Of a stretch of 64,000 nt of DNA, positions 62,637 through 64,000 are shown in pieces. Location: contig CM126226.1 of NCBI GenBank assembly GCA_052327205.1, positions 48,360,001-48,424,000 on the forward strand, read 5' to 3'. Numbering within the stretch: position 1 is the first letter of the stretch; every line of letters begins with the position of its first letter. The position numbers and the translations under genes are program-made. Below the pieces are notes generated by a model. It was not told the origin of the DNA, searched no databases, and saw only the letters and a program-made list of their open reading frames with translations. This DNA comes from Somniosus microcephalus. Taxonomy: Eukaryota.

Positions 62637-64000
62637 AAAAGTAGTTAAGCCATGCGAAGCAGAAAGCAGCAGGTAGGGGTGCGACGAATGGCCTTGGCAA
62701 GATTCATCTGTGGAGGACGGGGGGCGGGGGGGGAAAGAGAAGAAAAGAGCAGAGGGAAACAGTCACTGTCCAGCAATCCCTGCAGTATGCATTTGTGAGT
62801 ATTGGGAAGAATACTGGGTGACCTCCCACCTTTACTTTATATATTAAATACAATCAGTACTCAGAGCTCGGGGTGCTTAGCTCACAGGATGGGACAGAGA
62901 AGGGGTGTAAAATATAGAGTATTAGTTACTCCAATCATATTTCGGAAAACAGAGTAAAAATGTAACCTCTGATTTTAGACACAGTACAAAGCAGAACATC
63001 CACACATAGCGAGTATAAATACATGATGCAAATCTGAAGATTTAGATATTTCAATAGATGAATCCTGCACGAAACATATGTAATGTATTACTGCTGATCT
63101 ACAAAACTATCTTGGGCTATCTTCACTTAAATGTAGGGATACAGGAGAGAGATTGCCACAATTCAGATAGCATTAGCTTCAGGACAGACAAGATACTCTT
63201 ATCTCAGGGACTTAAAAGTATAAAACAAGGTTTCAAAAGCACCTTGGACAGACTACTGATGGAAAATCAGAGCAGGCAAAGACATACGCTAATGCAAGTA
63301 GAAGGTGTTCTTGTGAGTCTGGAGGTCAGTCACACAATAAGAGAGGGCAGAGAATCTACCTCTCCTATTTTACTGGACTTCTAAATGAGGAATGCACCCC
63401 ATATCAAGACACTTTTTTTTAAACATAAAAAATGAACGAGCCAGTTAAAAAGAATTAAGTTTAACATCTTTGATTCTTGCCCCATAGAAATATAGAACAT
63501 AGAAACCGCCCCCGTCTCTCTGCTTATATGTTCATGACACTTGAGGAAAATTTCTTGGAGTGCACCAACATAAAGAAAATTCTTTAACATATACATAGCG
63601 GAAGAACCTTGCAGGAATTTTACTTGAATTGATTAACTCATCTCCCCAATATTGCACTTTTTGGTGCAGCCCCACCAGCATGTCTGCAGTAATTTGAGTA
63701 AAGAGCACGCAGTCCGACTGCTTACTCGCACCATTACTGTGGGGGCTGCAGTAGACTGCATTTTTCCTCATCACCTACATATGCAGCCAACAGGTACCAC
63801 CTCTCAACTCCAGTGGTTCCACTCAGACCTTCATCCACTGACGTTCCTGGCTTCGGTATTGCCTCTTTTCCAAATCTCTTCCACTGCCAATGTTGGCTCC
63901 CTGAAGCAGTTTCCCTTTTGCGCCAAGAATTTCTACCTTGAACAACTGTTAACTTTCTATAAAGTCTGCTGAATTTTGTTCCAATATCTTGGATAGCTCT

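Noticed and set aside
63483-63505. catagaaatatagaacatagaaa repeat
   Set aside because: Resembles an isolated CR1 tail microsatellite; too short to call.

Overview
Eukaryotic, AT-rich genomic DNA, most likely from a cartilaginous fish (shark-type CR1/HER1, L2, HE1/V-SINE, Deu-SINE and Penelope-like repeats). The only host coding sequence I can support is one minus-strand exon (31237-30792), the first coding exon of RERE/atrophin-2 (ATG at 31092, [12 protein letters not shown]...EDDVVYRPG), apparently ending at a GC-type 5' splice site. The rest is RERE intron packed with degraded and nested transposable elements: a 2.4-kb RTE LINE, many CR1 and L2 3' fragments, at least three SINE families, Penelope-like ends carrying hammerhead-ribozyme remnants, TA-flanked Tc1/mariner(pogo)-type MITEs, hAT MITEs with 8-bp TSDs, and a complete non-autonomous Helitron. 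Best leads: (1) the Helitron, nested in a hAT MITE, carries a CpG-rich promoter-like cassette; (2) a MITE family carries paired RFX X-boxes; (3) inverted repeat pairs flank the AUG exon, a circRNA-type layout; (4) near-perfect intronic hairpins. All identities and boundaries were read by eye; no database search was run.
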